A DNA stretch of 64,000 bases from contig DYDE01000005.1 in assembly GCA_020718065.1 (NCBI GenBank), positions 1-64,000 on the forward strand, read 5' to 3'. The notes beneath the pieces are model-generated. The model had not been told where the DNA came from. It did no database searches and saw only the letters and a program-made list of their open reading frames with translations. This document shows, one piece after another, positions 50,378 through 60,699 of the stretch; position 1 is the stretch's first letter, and each line of letters starts with the position of its first letter. Source of the stretch: Marinifilum sp. (lineage in GTDB: Bacteria; Bacteroidota; Bacteroidia; Bacteroidales; CG2-30-32-10). The position numbers were made by a program, and so were the translations under genes.

Positions 50378-51139
50378 ATGTATAAAATGAGTGTTCGCTT
50401 CTTATACATCAAAGCTGAAATTAAGAAAGTCAAGTGGTTAAATATATTCATCTTTTATCTGCTTGCTTTTCTAATTGCAGCACCCTTTAATTCTGGATTT
50501 TTAGTGGAAGCATACCGAAACATAACTAAAAACTATTTAATTAGTAGTTGGGGTTATTTGCCTGCAGGTTTTGGGACTTTAGTTGGAACTTTAATTGTTT
50601 TATGGCTTGACAAAAAACATGAGAAAACTATTACTTTACTGGGAAATGCTCCATTCAAAAATATTACCATTGCAATAATTCCATTGATTGTGTTTACTAT
50701 AATCGGTTTAAAAAACGAATTACTTAAAAACGAACACTATTATGCGTTTATTTTTATGGTAATTAATTTAGCTTATGCTCTTGCAGAAGAGATCGGTTGG
50801 CGAGGTTATTTACAAGATGCTTTAAGACCAATTTCTTCAAACTTTCGTTATATATTTATAGGAATATTTTGGTGGGTATGGCATTTTCGTTTTTGTTCCA
50901 CCTTTGAAATAACACTTTTTCCTGTAATATGCATAACAAGTGCTTTTATATTAGGGAAATTTGTTGAACAAACAAAATCGTCCTTTACTGTTGCAGGTTT
51001 ACATTCTTTGATAATAATACTGACGAACACAGGAAAATTAAGTATTTCAAAAATAACTGGTGCATTTATAACAATTCTTATTTGGTTTGCTATTGGATAT
51101 TTTTTCAAATTGAACGAAAATAAAAAACCTGCTAAATAA
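50378..51139 (+). CDS. CPBP-family intramembrane metalloprotease (CAAX protease / Abi)
   Basis: Multi-TM protein. Motif 1 is AEEIGWRGYLQ (EExxxR). FWWVWHF and GLHSLIII provide the conserved His residues. Confidence 0.75.
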   Translation: MYKMSVRFLYIKAEIKKVKWLNIFIFYLLAFLIAAPFNSGFLVEAYRNITKNYLISSWGYLPAGFGTLVGTLIVLWLDKKHEKTITLLGNAPFKNITIAIIPLIVFTIIGLKNELLKNEHYYAFIFMVINLAYALAEEIGWRGYLQDALRPISSNFRYIFIGIFWWVWHFRFCSTFEITLFPVICITSAFILGKFVEQTKSSFTVAGLHSLIIILTNTGKLSISKITGAFITILIWFAIGYFFKLNENKKPAK

Positions 51140-51176
51140 TACAATTAGCAGGTTCATTTTATAAGAATAAAAAAGA

Positions 51177-51923
51177 TTAGGTTTTCATACCGCCACAAAC
51201 ATTAATTACTTGCCCGGTAATGTACGAAGATAAATCAGAACCAAGGAAGATACAACAATTAGCTACATCATCAGGAGTACCACCTCTTCTTAATGGAATT
51301 GATTTTGCCCATTCTTGTTTAACTTCATCCGAAAGTTTTGCAGTCATTTCGGTTTCAATAAAACCAGGAGCAATTGCGTTGCACCTGATGTTTCTTGAAC
51401 CTAGTTCCTGAGCAATTGACTTGGTAAAACCAAGAATACCTGCTTTAGAAGCAGAATAGTTTGATTGACCAGCATTACCAGCAACGCCAACAACAGAACT
51501 CATATTTATAATGGAACCACTGCGTTGTTTGAGCATCACTTTCTGAACGGCTTTGGTTAAATTAAAAACAGATTTTAAGTTAACGTTTATAATAATGTCC
51601 CATTCAGCTTCAGACATTCGCATCAAAAGATTATCGCGGGTGATACCAGCATTGTTAACTAAAATATCAATCGTGCCGAAATCGGCCATCACATCATTAA
51701 CAAGTTTATCAGCATCAGCAAAAGAACTAGCATCAGAAGCATAGCCTTTAGCTTTAACTCCAAAAGCAGAAAGTTCTTTTTCTAAAGAAATAGCGATGTC
51801 GTCATATTTAATATCAGAAAAAGCAACATTAGCTCCTTCCTGTGCATATTTTAAAGCAATGGCTTTTCCGATTCCTCTGGAACCGCCGGTTACTAATGCA
51901 GTTTTACCTTTTAAAAGATTCAT
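51177..51923 (-). CDS. fabG: 3-oxoacyl-ACP reductase
   Basis: TGGSRGIG, NNAGITRDNLLMRMSEAEWD, and YSASKAG as the SDR catalytic motif. Confidence 0.9.
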   Translation of the reverse strand: MNLLKGKTALVTGGSRGIGKAIALKYAQEGANVAFSDIKYDDIAISLEKELSAFGVKAKGYASDASSFADADKLVNDVMADFGTIDILVNNAGITRDNLLMRMSEAEWDIIINVNLKSVFNLTKAVQKVMLKQRSGSIINMSSVVGVAGNAGQSNYSASKAGILGFTKSIAQELGSRNIRCNAIAPGFIETEMTAKLSDEVKQEWAKSIPLRRGGTPDDVANCCIFLGSDLSSYITGQVINVCGGMKT

Positions 51924-51961
51924 ATGTATAATTTTTAAGGTTAATTTATGTTTTTAATAAT

Positions 51962-51993
51962 AAAAGCGTTTTCAAAAAGATGAAAACGCTTTT
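51962..51993 (-). terminator. Hairpin terminator after korB
   Basis: 13-bp stem aaaagcgttttca/tgaaaacgctttt with a 6-nt loop, then a U-rich tract on the minus strand. Confidence 0.6.
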
Positions 51994-52012
51994 CCTGATT
52001 CTAATTAAGAAA

Positions 52013-53050
52013 TTATTTTATCTCCCAAGTATCTCCACTGTTAAGCAAATCATCCACAGATTTAATAGTAGCAGATTTCTTAGCATTTAAAATTTGTTCT
52101 TCAACCATATCGTCATAAGTAGGAAACATAGCAGAACGGATAACACCAAGTGCAATAGGGAATGCAGGAGGTTGCATTTTAGCAAGCATCAAGTGTATAC
52201 CAGGATCTTGAGAATATTGGTCATGAACCAAAATGTCATTTTCAGTGATCCCATTTTCCCCAATTTTAACAATCTCTAATCCAGCTGTAGCCAATCTAAT
52301 ACCTTTTTCTTTATTTTTACCAAAAAGCATTGGTTCTCCATTTTTCAGATGTAACTGATGATCGTCTCTTAAATCTTTAGAAGTAATCAACTCATGAGTT
52401 TTATCAGCAAAAATCACACAATTTTCGAGGATTTCAATAACAGAAGTCCCATCATGACGAGCTGCTTCAAACATGACATCTGTCATCATTTTAATATTGT
52501 TGTCAACTACTCTAGCAAAGAAAGTTCCCTGAGCACCCAAAACAAGTTCACCTGGGTTAAAAGGATGTTCAATAGTACCCTGAGGAGAAGTTTTAGTTAT
52601 ACTACCCATTGGGGTAGTTGGGGAATATTGACCTTTTGTTAACCCATAAATCTGGTTATTAAATAACAATATATTTAAGTCAACATTTCTACGAATAATG
52701 TGAATAAAGTGGTTACCACCAATTGCCATTGAGTCGCCATCACCAGTAGCAATCCAAACACTAAGATGTGGATTAGCTATTTTAACACCGGTAGCAATAG
52801 CGTTTGCTCTACCATGGATTCCATGAAAACCATAGGTGTTAACATAATAAGGGAAACGAGAAGAACAACCAATACCAGAAACAACACAAAAATTTTCTTT
52901 TTTGTAGCCTATTTTAGGAAAAACATTGGCAACAGAACTAAGAATAGCATGACCACCACAACCGGGGCACCATTTTACCATTTGATCGCTAACAAAATCT
53001 TCTTTGGTTAACGGAACTCTTGACCTTTCAACGGTTAAATTTTCATCCAT
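52013..53050 (-). CDS. korB: 2-oxoglutarate:ferredoxin oxidoreductase, beta (TPP-binding) subunit
   Basis: WCPGCGGHAIL and GDGDSMAIGGNHFIH, the TPP-binding motif. Confidence 0.88.
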   Translation of the reverse strand: MDENLTVERSRVPLTKEDFVSDQMVKWCPGCGGHAILSSVANVFPKIGYKKENFCVVSGIGCSSRFPYYVNTYGFHGIHGRANAIATGVKIANPHLSVWIATGDGDSMAIGGNHFIHIIRRNVDLNILLFNNQIYGLTKGQYSPTTPMGSITKTSPQGTIEHPFNPGELVLGAQGTFFARVVDNNIKMMTDVMFEAARHDGTSVIEILENCVIFADKTHELITSKDLRDDHQLHLKNGEPMLFGKNKEKGIRLATAGLEIVKIGENGITENDILVHDQYSQDPGIHLMLAKMQPPAFPIALGVIRSAMFPTYDDMVEEQILNAKKSATIKSVDDLLNSGDTWEIK

Positions 53051-53053
53051 TAC

Positions 53054-54904
53054 TTATTTCTCCTTTAAAATTTGGTTAAACTTTTCTTTTAATTCTGAAA
53101 CCACAAATGGCAATCCCTGAACTTTATTATATTGTGTGAATTGGTATTGTGGGAATTTCATACGTAAATAATTTACCAATTGACCACTATTCAATTCACA
53201 TACGATGATTTTCTTGAATCCTTTAAAGATCTTATCCGTATTTTTTGGAAAGGGCATTATATAGTTAAAGTGAGTCTGGCTGATTTTCTTGCCTTGTTTT
53301 TGCAATTCATCAACTGCAGAGAAGATAGCACCATGAGTACTTCCCCAACCAACAACCAATAAATCTCCTTCTTTTTCTCCAAATAATTCCTGATTAGGAA
53401 TAAAGTCAGCGATTTTTTCAACCTTCTCCGCTCTTAAATCTGTCATGATCTGGTGGTTCATTGGATCGGTACAAACATTACCGACAATGTTTTCTTTTTC
53501 TAAACCACCAATGCGATGACGTAATCCTTCAGTTCCCGGCAAAGCCCATTGTCTTACCAATGTTTTATCGTTTCTGCGGTAAGGTTTAAAATTTTTGTCA
53601 TTTGCTTCAGCAATAGGAGGATTGATAGCAGGTAAATCTTTTACTTTAGGTATTTTAAATAATTCAGATCCAAAACCAAGACAACCTTCAGTTAATAAAA
53701 TAACAGGTGTCATATGTTCCATAGATAATTTTGCAGCCTCATAAGCATAATAGAAACAATTAACGGAAGTTGATGCAGCAATAACTATAACAGGAGCTTC
53801 ACCATTTCTTCCAAATAATGCCTGCATTAAATCAGATTGTTCAGATTTAGTTGGCAAACCGGTAGATGGGCCACCACGTTGTACGTTAACAATAACCAAA
53901 GGTAATTCAGTGATAACAGCAAGACCTATAGCTTCACTTTTCAGAGAAAGACCAGGACCAGATGTTGTGGTTACAGCAAGAGAACCTGTAAAACTAGCAC
54001 CAATAGCAGAACAAATACCAGCAATTTCATCTTCCGCTTGAAAAACTTTTGCACCTAATGATTTATGTTTGGCAAGTTCCATTAAAATTTCGGTAGCAGG
54101 AGTGATAGGATAAGAACCAAGAAATATAGGTCTTCCAGAACGTTCGGATGCAGCGAGTAAACCCCATGCAACTGCTAAATTTCCTGTAATATTTCTGTAT
54201 GTTCCTTTTTCCATCTTGGCAGCAGAAACATTAAAAGTAGTTTTAATAGCTTCTAAAGTTTCAGCATAATTATAACCTGCCTGAAGAACAGTTTTGTTAA
54301 CATTTATAAATACGGGTTTCTTTTTAAATTTCACTTCAAAAAATTTGAAAGTTTGTTCAAGCGATCTGTTAAAAAGAAAATTTATAATACCAAGCGCAAA
54401 CATGTTTTTACTTTTGTCTGCTGTTTTTGGGTCAACATTTAATTCAGTTAAAGCACCTTTTGTCATAGATGTTATAGGAGCAGCAATCAGGTTATAATTA
54501 TCCAGACTACCATCTGTAAGTGGATTGGATTTGTAACCTGCTTTTTCGTTTGCTTTGTCTTCAAAAACATCTGCATCAACAATAATATTGGCGCCTGGTT
54601 TAGCCCATTTAAGGTTTGATTTGAGGGAAGCAGGATTCATTGCGACAAGGACATCACACAAATCGCCAGGAGTATGAATTTTTATTTTACCTAAATGCAC
54701 CTGAAAACCAGATACACCTGCAATGGTATTATGAGGTGCTCTAATTTCGGCTGGATAATCGGGAAATGTAGCAATATCATTTCCTAATATTGCAGCAGCA
54801 TCAGAAAAAAGTGTGCCAGTAAGTTGCATTCCGTCACCAGAATCACCAACAAATTTAACCACAACCTCATCTTTTTCTACAACATTATTTTTTTTCTTTG
54901 TCAT
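53054..54904 (-). CDS. korA: 2-oxoglutarate:ferredoxin oxidoreductase, alpha subunit (fused gamma/alpha type)
   Basis: 616 aa, full-length similarity pattern to KorA (GYPITPATEIL...). Lies immediately upstream of korB. Confidence 0.88.
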   Translation of the reverse strand: MTKKKNNVVEKDEVVVKFVGDSGDGMQLTGTLFSDAAAILGNDIATFPDYPAEIRAPHNTIAGVSGFQVHLGKIKIHTPGDLCDVLVAMNPASLKSNLKWAKPGANIIVDADVFEDKANEKAGYKSNPLTDGSLDNYNLIAAPITSMTKGALTELNVDPKTADKSKNMFALGIINFLFNRSLEQTFKFFEVKFKKKPVFINVNKTVLQAGYNYAETLEAIKTTFNVSAAKMEKGTYRNITGNLAVAWGLLAASERSGRPIFLGSYPITPATEILMELAKHKSLGAKVFQAEDEIAGICSAIGASFTGSLAVTTTSGPGLSLKSEAIGLAVITELPLVIVNVQRGGPSTGLPTKSEQSDLMQALFGRNGEAPVIVIAASTSVNCFYYAYEAAKLSMEHMTPVILLTEGCLGFGSELFKIPKVKDLPAINPPIAEANDKNFKPYRRNDKTLVRQWALPGTEGLRHRIGGLEKENIVGNVCTDPMNHQIMTDLRAEKVEKIADFIPNQELFGEKEGDLLVVGWGSTHGAIFSAVDELQKQGKKISQTHFNYIMPFPKNTDKIFKGFKKIIVCELNSGQLVNYLRMKFPQYQFTQYNKVQGLPFVVSELKEKFNQILKEK

Positions 54905-55090
54905 ATAAATAGTTTAGGATTATACGTTTGTTGCTGCGAAATTACATCAAATATTTTTAAACTATAGGAAGTTTTTAAGCTTTTTTTATAAAGAAAAATT
55001 TAAATGTATATTTTATTATAGTAAATAAATTAGTAATGAATGAATTAATAAATATTTTTATTTTTATTTTTTGATTTTGTTGCTAAATAT

Positions 55091-55098
55091 TATCTTTG
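55091..55098 (+). promoter_or_regulatory. Candidate -7 box (TATCTTTG) for the ferredoxin gene
   Basis: Matches TAnnTTTG, 30 nt upstream of the ATG at 55129. Confidence 0.45.
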
Positions 55099-55128
55099 CA
55101 AACAAATATTAAAATAAAAATTAAAGTT

Positions 55129-55296
55129 ATGTCATACAAAATTTCCGAAGATTGTACAGCTTGTGGTACTTGCATTGATGAATGTCCAGTAGATGCTATC
55201 TCTGAAGGTGATATCTATGTAATTGATCCAGATGTATGCACAGATTGTGGTTCTTGTGCTGATGTTTGTCCAGTTGAAGCAATTCACCCTGAATAA
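55129..55296 (+). CDS. 2x[4Fe-4S] ferredoxin (55 aa)
   Basis: MSYKISEDCTACGTCIDECP...CTDCGSCADVCP contains two CxxCxxCxxxCP motifs. The track's upstream start overlaps the promoter box. Confidence 0.9.
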   Translation: MSYKISEDCTACGTCIDECPVDAISEGDIYVIDPDVCTDCGSCADVCPVEAIHPE

Positions 55297-55347
55297 TTCA
55301 TCGAGCAACTATCTATTATAAAATAGTTGTAAAAAATTAAAGATTTT

Positions 55348-55373
55348 AAAGCTCACTTAGGTGGGCTTTTTTT
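55348..55373 (+). terminator. Rho-independent terminator after the ferredoxin gene
   Basis: aaagctcac-ttag-gtgggcttt (one G-U pair) followed by a T-run. Confidence 0.6.
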
Positions 55374-55478
55374 GTTGGTTGAATTTTAAAATGTGTTATT
55401 TTGTTGATTTCAATTTAAAAGTCAACATTATGGACTGTATGTAATCAAACAAAAGAAAACCTCCTGAAAAAGGTGTTA

Positions 55479-56402
55479 TTAGGATTTAAATAAATTTGCT
55501 ATTTTCCCAATTGTTTTAATTCCAATCAAAATCTTTACAAATAAAACAAACTCTTTTATCCTAAACCCATTAGTAGCTGTTCCTTTTTTTAGAAAACGCA
55601 TGGCTTTTCTTCTGTTATTATCAATATATGAATGAATTGCACAGAAATAATAGGAATTAGCAACTAAAATATTCTTTTCTTTACTTGTTAATGGAATATT
55701 TTGTAATATCCAATCTCTGGCAAGAAGGTTCTTATTAATTATTATTGAGTTATCGCCTCGCATAGATCGATCATCGTGATCATTAATACTTATTGTTATT
55801 TTATCAATAACATATATTTTATCTTTAACTAAATTTTGCATCAGAAAAAGCCAATCTTCCATTATTGCATATTGTCTATCTTCTATAAATAAATGTAAAT
55901 CAGGATTATCTCTTTTTATACAAAAATGACAAGCAAATACATTTCCATTTAATAGTATTTCTTTGGTGTACCAAGATTCTGATAGTCTTTGAATAGATGA
56001 TGGTTTGCTTATATTATTACGTGTTAGTTCATATTTAGTAGCAATAAAATTAACATTCCCATCAAAAGAAGAAATTGCATTGTGCAATGTTGATAAATGA
56101 AAGGAGTACATTAAATCATCTGAATCGAAAAACAAAACATAATCCCCATTTGCTTTTTTAAATCCGAAATTTCTTGCAACACCACGCTCTTCATTTATTT
56201 TTTTAAAATAAAATAAATGCTTGCTTTTAACAGAACATACAATTTCTTCAGTATTATCGGTGCTGCCATCATCAACTACAATTATTTCAAAATTAGAATA
56301 ATCCTGATGCAGAACAGATTCGATGGTATCTATTATAAACCCAGCCCTGTTATAGGTAGGAATCACTATAGAGAATTTAATATTTTCGTTCAGTTTTTCC
56401 AT
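55479..56402 (-). CDS. Family 2 glycosyltransferase
   Basis: SIVIPTYNRAGFI...VVDDGSTDNT...DSDD. Confidence 0.85.
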   Translation of the reverse strand: MEKLNENIKFSIVIPTYNRAGFIIDTIESVLHQDYSNFEIIVVDDGSTDNTEEIVCSVKSKHLFYFKKINEERGVARNFGFKKANGDYVLFFDSDDLMYSFHLSTLHNAISSFDGNVNFIATKYELTRNNISKPSSIQRLSESWYTKEILLNGNVFACHFCIKRDNPDLHLFIEDRQYAIMEDWLFLMQNLVKDKIYVIDKITISINDHDDRSMRGDNSIIINKNLLARDWILQNIPLTSKEKNILVANSYYFCAIHSYIDNNRRKAMRFLKKGTATNGFRIKEFVLFVKILIGIKTIGKIANLFKS

Positions 56403-57355
56403 TTATTCTTTAAAAACCCAACTCCTAAATTGTTTTTAATGAGTAATAAAAGGTTATTTTTTATTTTTAAAGGGCTTTGCTTATGAAATATCAATTGGTT
56501 GACTCTTTTTGTGTTTCCCCAAGTATATTCCTGAATAATACAATTACGAATATAATTAATAAAAGCCTTATTTAAAATATCTTCTGGTAATTGTTGTTTA
56601 TAAGTATAATGAATGTCTCTTTCGTTATCATAAATACGAAGTATTTTGAGAATTTCTATATTTTGATTGTAAGGATATGAATTAATGAAACGACTAAACA
56701 CTTTACGATAATCAAGATATAGACCAGGTGCTTTGTTATTTGTTTTAGATTTAGAGTGAATTCTAAAGCGAGATAACAATTTATCTATTTTAAATGTTTT
56801 ATAGTTAAAGAAAATACGCATCCAAAGATCATAATCCATAAGATAATGCAAATTCTCATCTAGCAAACCCACCTCTTCCAATACTTTTCTTCTCCAAAAA
56901 ACAGAAGGTTGGTGAATAGAAACTCTTGATAGAAAATCTAAAGGTTCAAAATCATTTACTTTATAATACTCTGTTTTACCAGTTTCGTAGAATTGCTCTA
57001 CATCGCCATAAATCAGGTCAAGTTCGGGATTGTTAAGGAAAATATGTGCAACTGTTTGTATGGTATCTGGAAAATAAACATCATCGCTGTTAAGCCAGGC
57101 AATAATTTCACCAGTAGCTTTGCGAAAACCTTTATTAATGGCATCACTCTGGCCTTTGTCTTTTTCTGAAACAGAATATGTTATCTGCTTCTCATACTTT
57201 TTAATAATATCTTTAGAATTATCAGTACTTCCACCGTCAATAACAATATATTCAAGTGCAGGATAGTTTTGTGAAATTATAGAATGAATAGTTTCTTCAA
57301 GATAGATGCCTTGATTGAATGAAGGAGTTATTATACTTATTAAAGGAAGTGCCAT
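56390..57355 (-). CDS. Family 2 glycosyltransferase
   Basis: SIITPSFNQGIYLEETIHSI...VIDGGSTDNS...NSDD. The 3' end overlaps the next GT2 gene by 13 nt. Confidence 0.85.
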   Translation of the reverse strand: MALPLISIITPSFNQGIYLEETIHSIISQNYPALEYIVIDGGSTDNSKDIIKKYEKQITYSVSEKDKGQSDAINKGFRKATGEIIAWLNSDDVYFPDTIQTVAHIFLNNPELDLIYGDVEQFYETGKTEYYKVNDFEPLDFLSRVSIHQPSVFWRRKVLEEVGLLDENLHYLMDYDLWMRIFFNYKTFKIDKLLSRFRIHSKSKTNNKAPGLYLDYRKVFSRFINSYPYNQNIEILKILRIYDNERDIHYTYKQQLPEDILNKAFINYIRNCIIQEYTWGNTKRVNQLIFHKQSPLKIKNNLLLLIKNNLGVGFLKNKWKN

Positions 57356-57364
57356 TTAAAAAAC

Positions 57365-59044
57365 CTATTCAAATCCGATTTTATTGAAATAAAAGACATT
57401 CCGTGTTGTTTTATGGGTTGGATTGTTATCGGGGTTTCTTATTTCCTGAACACCGTAAGCCACAAAATAGTTATTGTACCAATAATCTATATCCCCACTG
57501 GAATTGCTTTTAACTTTATCTTCAGGGTATAAAGTTTCTATAGGTGTTCTGTCTTTTTCATCAATGGTAATGCTTCCATTTATTTGTTTTGAATATAATG
57601 TACTATTATAATTGTATAAAACAATCATATTGTTTTCTTTATCAATAACAAAACTTATTCTTTTTTTAAGATTAAAAGAAAGTATATCCCAAATTTCCAT
57701 TGTATTGTCCCACATTAGTGCTCCATCTTTATCGAAAGCGGCAACAATGGCATGTGTATAACGATAACCATCGAAAACAGTGTATGAATTGGTTTGAGGA
57801 TATCCATTATAGTAAGTAGTATAATATTCAGTATGATATTCCGGATAATACGCTTCGGAAGCAAGGATAAAGTTGCCATTGTAAACAAAAATATCATGAA
57901 CCAACAACTGATAATTCAATTCGGTTTCTCCCCCTTTGTTCTTGTTTTTGGCATTTCTCTTTAAAACTTTGTTTTTGGTCTTAAAACTCAAGTAATTATA
58001 AAAGTTTTTAAACTCATTGAAGCTATAAAACTTACAATATTCCTGAATATTATTGCTAATTCTCAGAATATAATAACCCTGTGTGTTAGAAGATGCGTCA
58101 GGGTTTTTATTAAGATTGCTATTTAATGAATAAGTCCCCAGGATCATTTTATCGGATTGGTTAACGGCAATGATCTTTGCTGTTTCCAAATAGTTTTTTT
58201 GATTTCCTGAAGCGATGTTTGTAGTATTTATTTTTTCGGCAGTGAGAGCATATTCGTTTAAACAAAAAGTGTATTCGGATGATTTTTTGTCTTTTAAAGC
58301 AATTACTGCTTCAATTGTTTGAGAAATTTTATTAATTGAAATGTTCAACAATGTTCCTACAAGACAACTCTCATTAAATGAAATTGTTTTTGTTTCATTT
58401 GTTGAAAAATTAGTAAAATATAATATTGGTTTTGACTTATATGAAGCAGTTTTAAATGAAAGGAAGCAACCTTTAGATGTTTTTTTCTTAGAAAGGGTGT
58501 TGCCACCCCAAACACAAATATCGTTTAAAACAATAAATTCAGATACAGCAATGTTTTCATTTACATATCCTGATTTAACAGAAAGAGAATTCTCTTTTAT
58601 ATTAATTTTAAGTATTTGATAGTCCACTTTATCTTCAGTGAAATCTGTTTTTTGAGTGTAAAGTAAATAAACATTATTATGAAATGCATCGAAGTATGTA
58701 GAAGAAAGCGTTAAAAGCACAGGCATTTCAATTTTTTTTGACCAAATGAAACTCAAGTCGGTTGTATAGCTAGCTAAACTTATAGTTCTTGAAGTTACTC
58801 CTTTTTTAAGGACAGGTTCTCCCATAATTAACAAACCGTTAGATGAAAGAGGAAGAAGAGAGTAGTTGGTATCTTTTTTATCGATATTCATTTCAACCCT
58901 TAAAGGAGCCTGAGCCTGAATATAATAACTTAAGAAGAAAAGGAATATAACAATGAAATTAATAAATTTATTATTTAAACATTTTTTTTGTCTAAAACCC
59001 TCAATAAATGAATAAAGACTATTGCGAATAATGTGTTGGTTCAT
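57365..59044 (-). CDS. Hypothetical membrane-anchored/secreted protein
   Basis: 559-aa ORF. N-terminal hydrophobic segment FINFIVIFLFFLSYYIQAQA. No recognisable motifs. Co-directional with the GT2 pair at a 9-nt gap. Confidence 0.5.
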   Translation of the reverse strand: MNQHIIRNSLYSFIEGFRQKKCLNNKFINFIVIFLFFLSYYIQAQAPLRVEMNIDKKDTNYSLLPLSSNGLLIMGEPVLKKGVTSRTISLASYTTDLSFIWSKKIEMPVLLTLSSTYFDAFHNNVYLLYTQKTDFTEDKVDYQILKINIKENSLSVKSGYVNENIAVSEFIVLNDICVWGGNTLSKKKTSKGCFLSFKTASYKSKPILYFTNFSTNETKTISFNESCLVGTLLNISINKISQTIEAVIALKDKKSSEYTFCLNEYALTAEKINTTNIASGNQKNYLETAKIIAVNQSDKMILGTYSLNSNLNKNPDASSNTQGYYILRISNNIQEYCKFYSFNEFKNFYNYLSFKTKNKVLKRNAKNKNKGGETELNYQLLVHDIFVYNGNFILASEAYYPEYHTEYYTTYYNGYPQTNSYTVFDGYRYTHAIVAAFDKDGALMWDNTMEIWDILSFNLKKRISFVIDKENNMIVLYNYNSTLYSKQINGSITIDEKDRTPIETLYPEDKVKSNSSGDIDYWYNNYFVAYGVQEIRNPDNNPTHKTTRNVFYFNKIGFE

Positions 59045-59716
59045 AAACTTTATTTTTGGTTAGCTGATATTATTTACAAAACTATGTATTTTTTCAAAAT
59101 CTTTTAGAAAATAAAAATTGAATTAGAGATTCTTCATCAATTTTTACTTCGTAACCTATCAGTGATTTTTAATTTTCTGAATACCAATCTTGTTGTTTAA
59201 GTTAAATATTGTTAACTTACTTTTTGCCATTGCCGCAAAAAGTAACAAAAAGGTCTAGCTGCATCAATAGGCAACCGCACAAGCATCGGTGCTTGGTGAT
59301 GCAGCCCGGCCACCGCCGCCAGAAATTAGATTGGTTGGTAATTTACATAGAATACATCGCTTATATGGAATTTTATAAAGCATTTATCACTAAAATCAAA
59401 CAACAAAACAAACATCTATTATAACTTGCGCTCAGATTCAATTAACAAGCAAGTTTACCTTTGCAGGAAATTCATATTTATAGAAATTTCATTAAAGAAT
59501 ATGTTTTGGAAAAAAATTCAGAAATCAAGATCTAATTATCATTGAGTACTTAGTTATAAATATTTTAAGCTTTTCCAAGTATTAGCGATTTTTTGTATAA
59601 AAAACTAATTGTGCAATAGATTTTAAGATAAGAGGTATTTGAAAGGTGGAAAAAACCAAATTGCAGATAAAATTAGCTTATATGTATATTGCTTTTTAAA
59701 TAACTTATACATTGAT

Positions 59717-59724
59717 TATATTTG
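59717..59724 (+). promoter_or_regulatory. Candidate -7 box (TATATTTG)
   Basis: Matches TAnnTTTG, 60 nt upstream of the ATG at 59785. Confidence 0.35.
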
Positions 59725-59784
59725 CATTATAAAATGGGGTAAGACGAAAAACCATAAAACAGAGTAGTCGAATTAATAAATATA

Positions 59785-60507
59785 TTGTATATGAAACCAG
59801 CAATTGTTATATTATTTGCTTTATTGGTAATTGTAGCAGGTATGTTTTTGCTTGCTAAATCTAAAAAAGAAGAACTCGGCAAGTTCTTTAAATTTATATC
59901 TTATACTGTGGTGATTTCGGGATTTGTAATAATTTTTATTGTAATTCAAATAAGTATTATCAGAACTCTGGGAGAATGCAGGAATAAGTTTATGTATTTT
60001 GGAATGCACAAGGGGTTTAACAAAGAAATGCCCTGTCCTATGCCTGATCATAAAATGATAATGATGAATGAAGATATTATGAACGATGGTAATAATATAA
60101 TTAAGAAAATTGAAATAGTTGGTGATGATAAATGTGGTATGATGAAAATAGGAAGTGGAAACGGATGTGGAATGAGTACTAATTGTATAATGAAAATGGG
60201 AAATGATAAAGGTTGTGGTTCGGGAACATCTTGTCAATTGAAATGCTTATCACCAGAAGAAAGGGCAATGGTAATTACTAAACGTATTTCTGATAAAGTT
60301 ACTTTAACTACAGAACAATTTACAAAAGTACAAGCATTGTTAATTGAAATTTCAAAGAAAAAAGAAATTTTAATGAAAGAGGGTGGCGAAGATCCGATAA
60401 AAATAGAAGGTCTAATGAAGAAACATGAACAAGAGCGTATTGATGCTATTAAAAAATTGTTAACACCAGCCCAGATAAAACTATTGCCTGAGGATTTACC
60501 AATGTAA
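59785..60507 (+). CDS. Membrane-anchored Met/Cys-rich protein with C-terminal LTXXQ (Spy/CpxP-like) motifs
   Basis: Two TM helices. MPCPMPDHKMIMMNEDIM and CGMMKIGSGNGCGMSTNCIMKMGNDKGCGSGTSCQLKC. Then LTTEQFTKVQ and LTPAQIKLL. Confidence 0.55.
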   Translation: MYMKPAIVILFALLVIVAGMFLLAKSKKEELGKFFKFISYTVVISGFVIIFIVIQISIIRTLGECRNKFMYFGMHKGFNKEMPCPMPDHKMIMMNEDIMNDGNNIIKKIEIVGDDKCGMMKIGSGNGCGMSTNCIMKMGNDKGCGSGTSCQLKCLSPEERAMVITKRISDKVTLTTEQFTKVQALLIEISKKKEILMKEGGEDPIKIEGLMKKHEQERIDAIKKLLTPAQIKLLPEDLPM

Positions 60508-60542
60508 TAATTATTTTAAAAACTAAATTTCTTTGAAAGTGG

Positions 60543-60575
60543 AAGCCCTGCTAAATTATAGCGGGGCTTTTATTT
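60543..60575 (+). terminator. Rho-independent terminator
   Basis: aagccctgc-(9 nt)-gcggggctt followed by ttatttgg. Confidence 0.6.
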
Positions 60576-60699
60576 GGTAACCTTAATGAAATGAATTTTT
60601 AATAATTGTTTGTTCTATTTTTATTTGTGTTTAGAGGGATGAAAAATGGAGAAAAGCAATTGACTGGAAGAAGAGTTTGTTTTAATTTTATGTTTTGAG

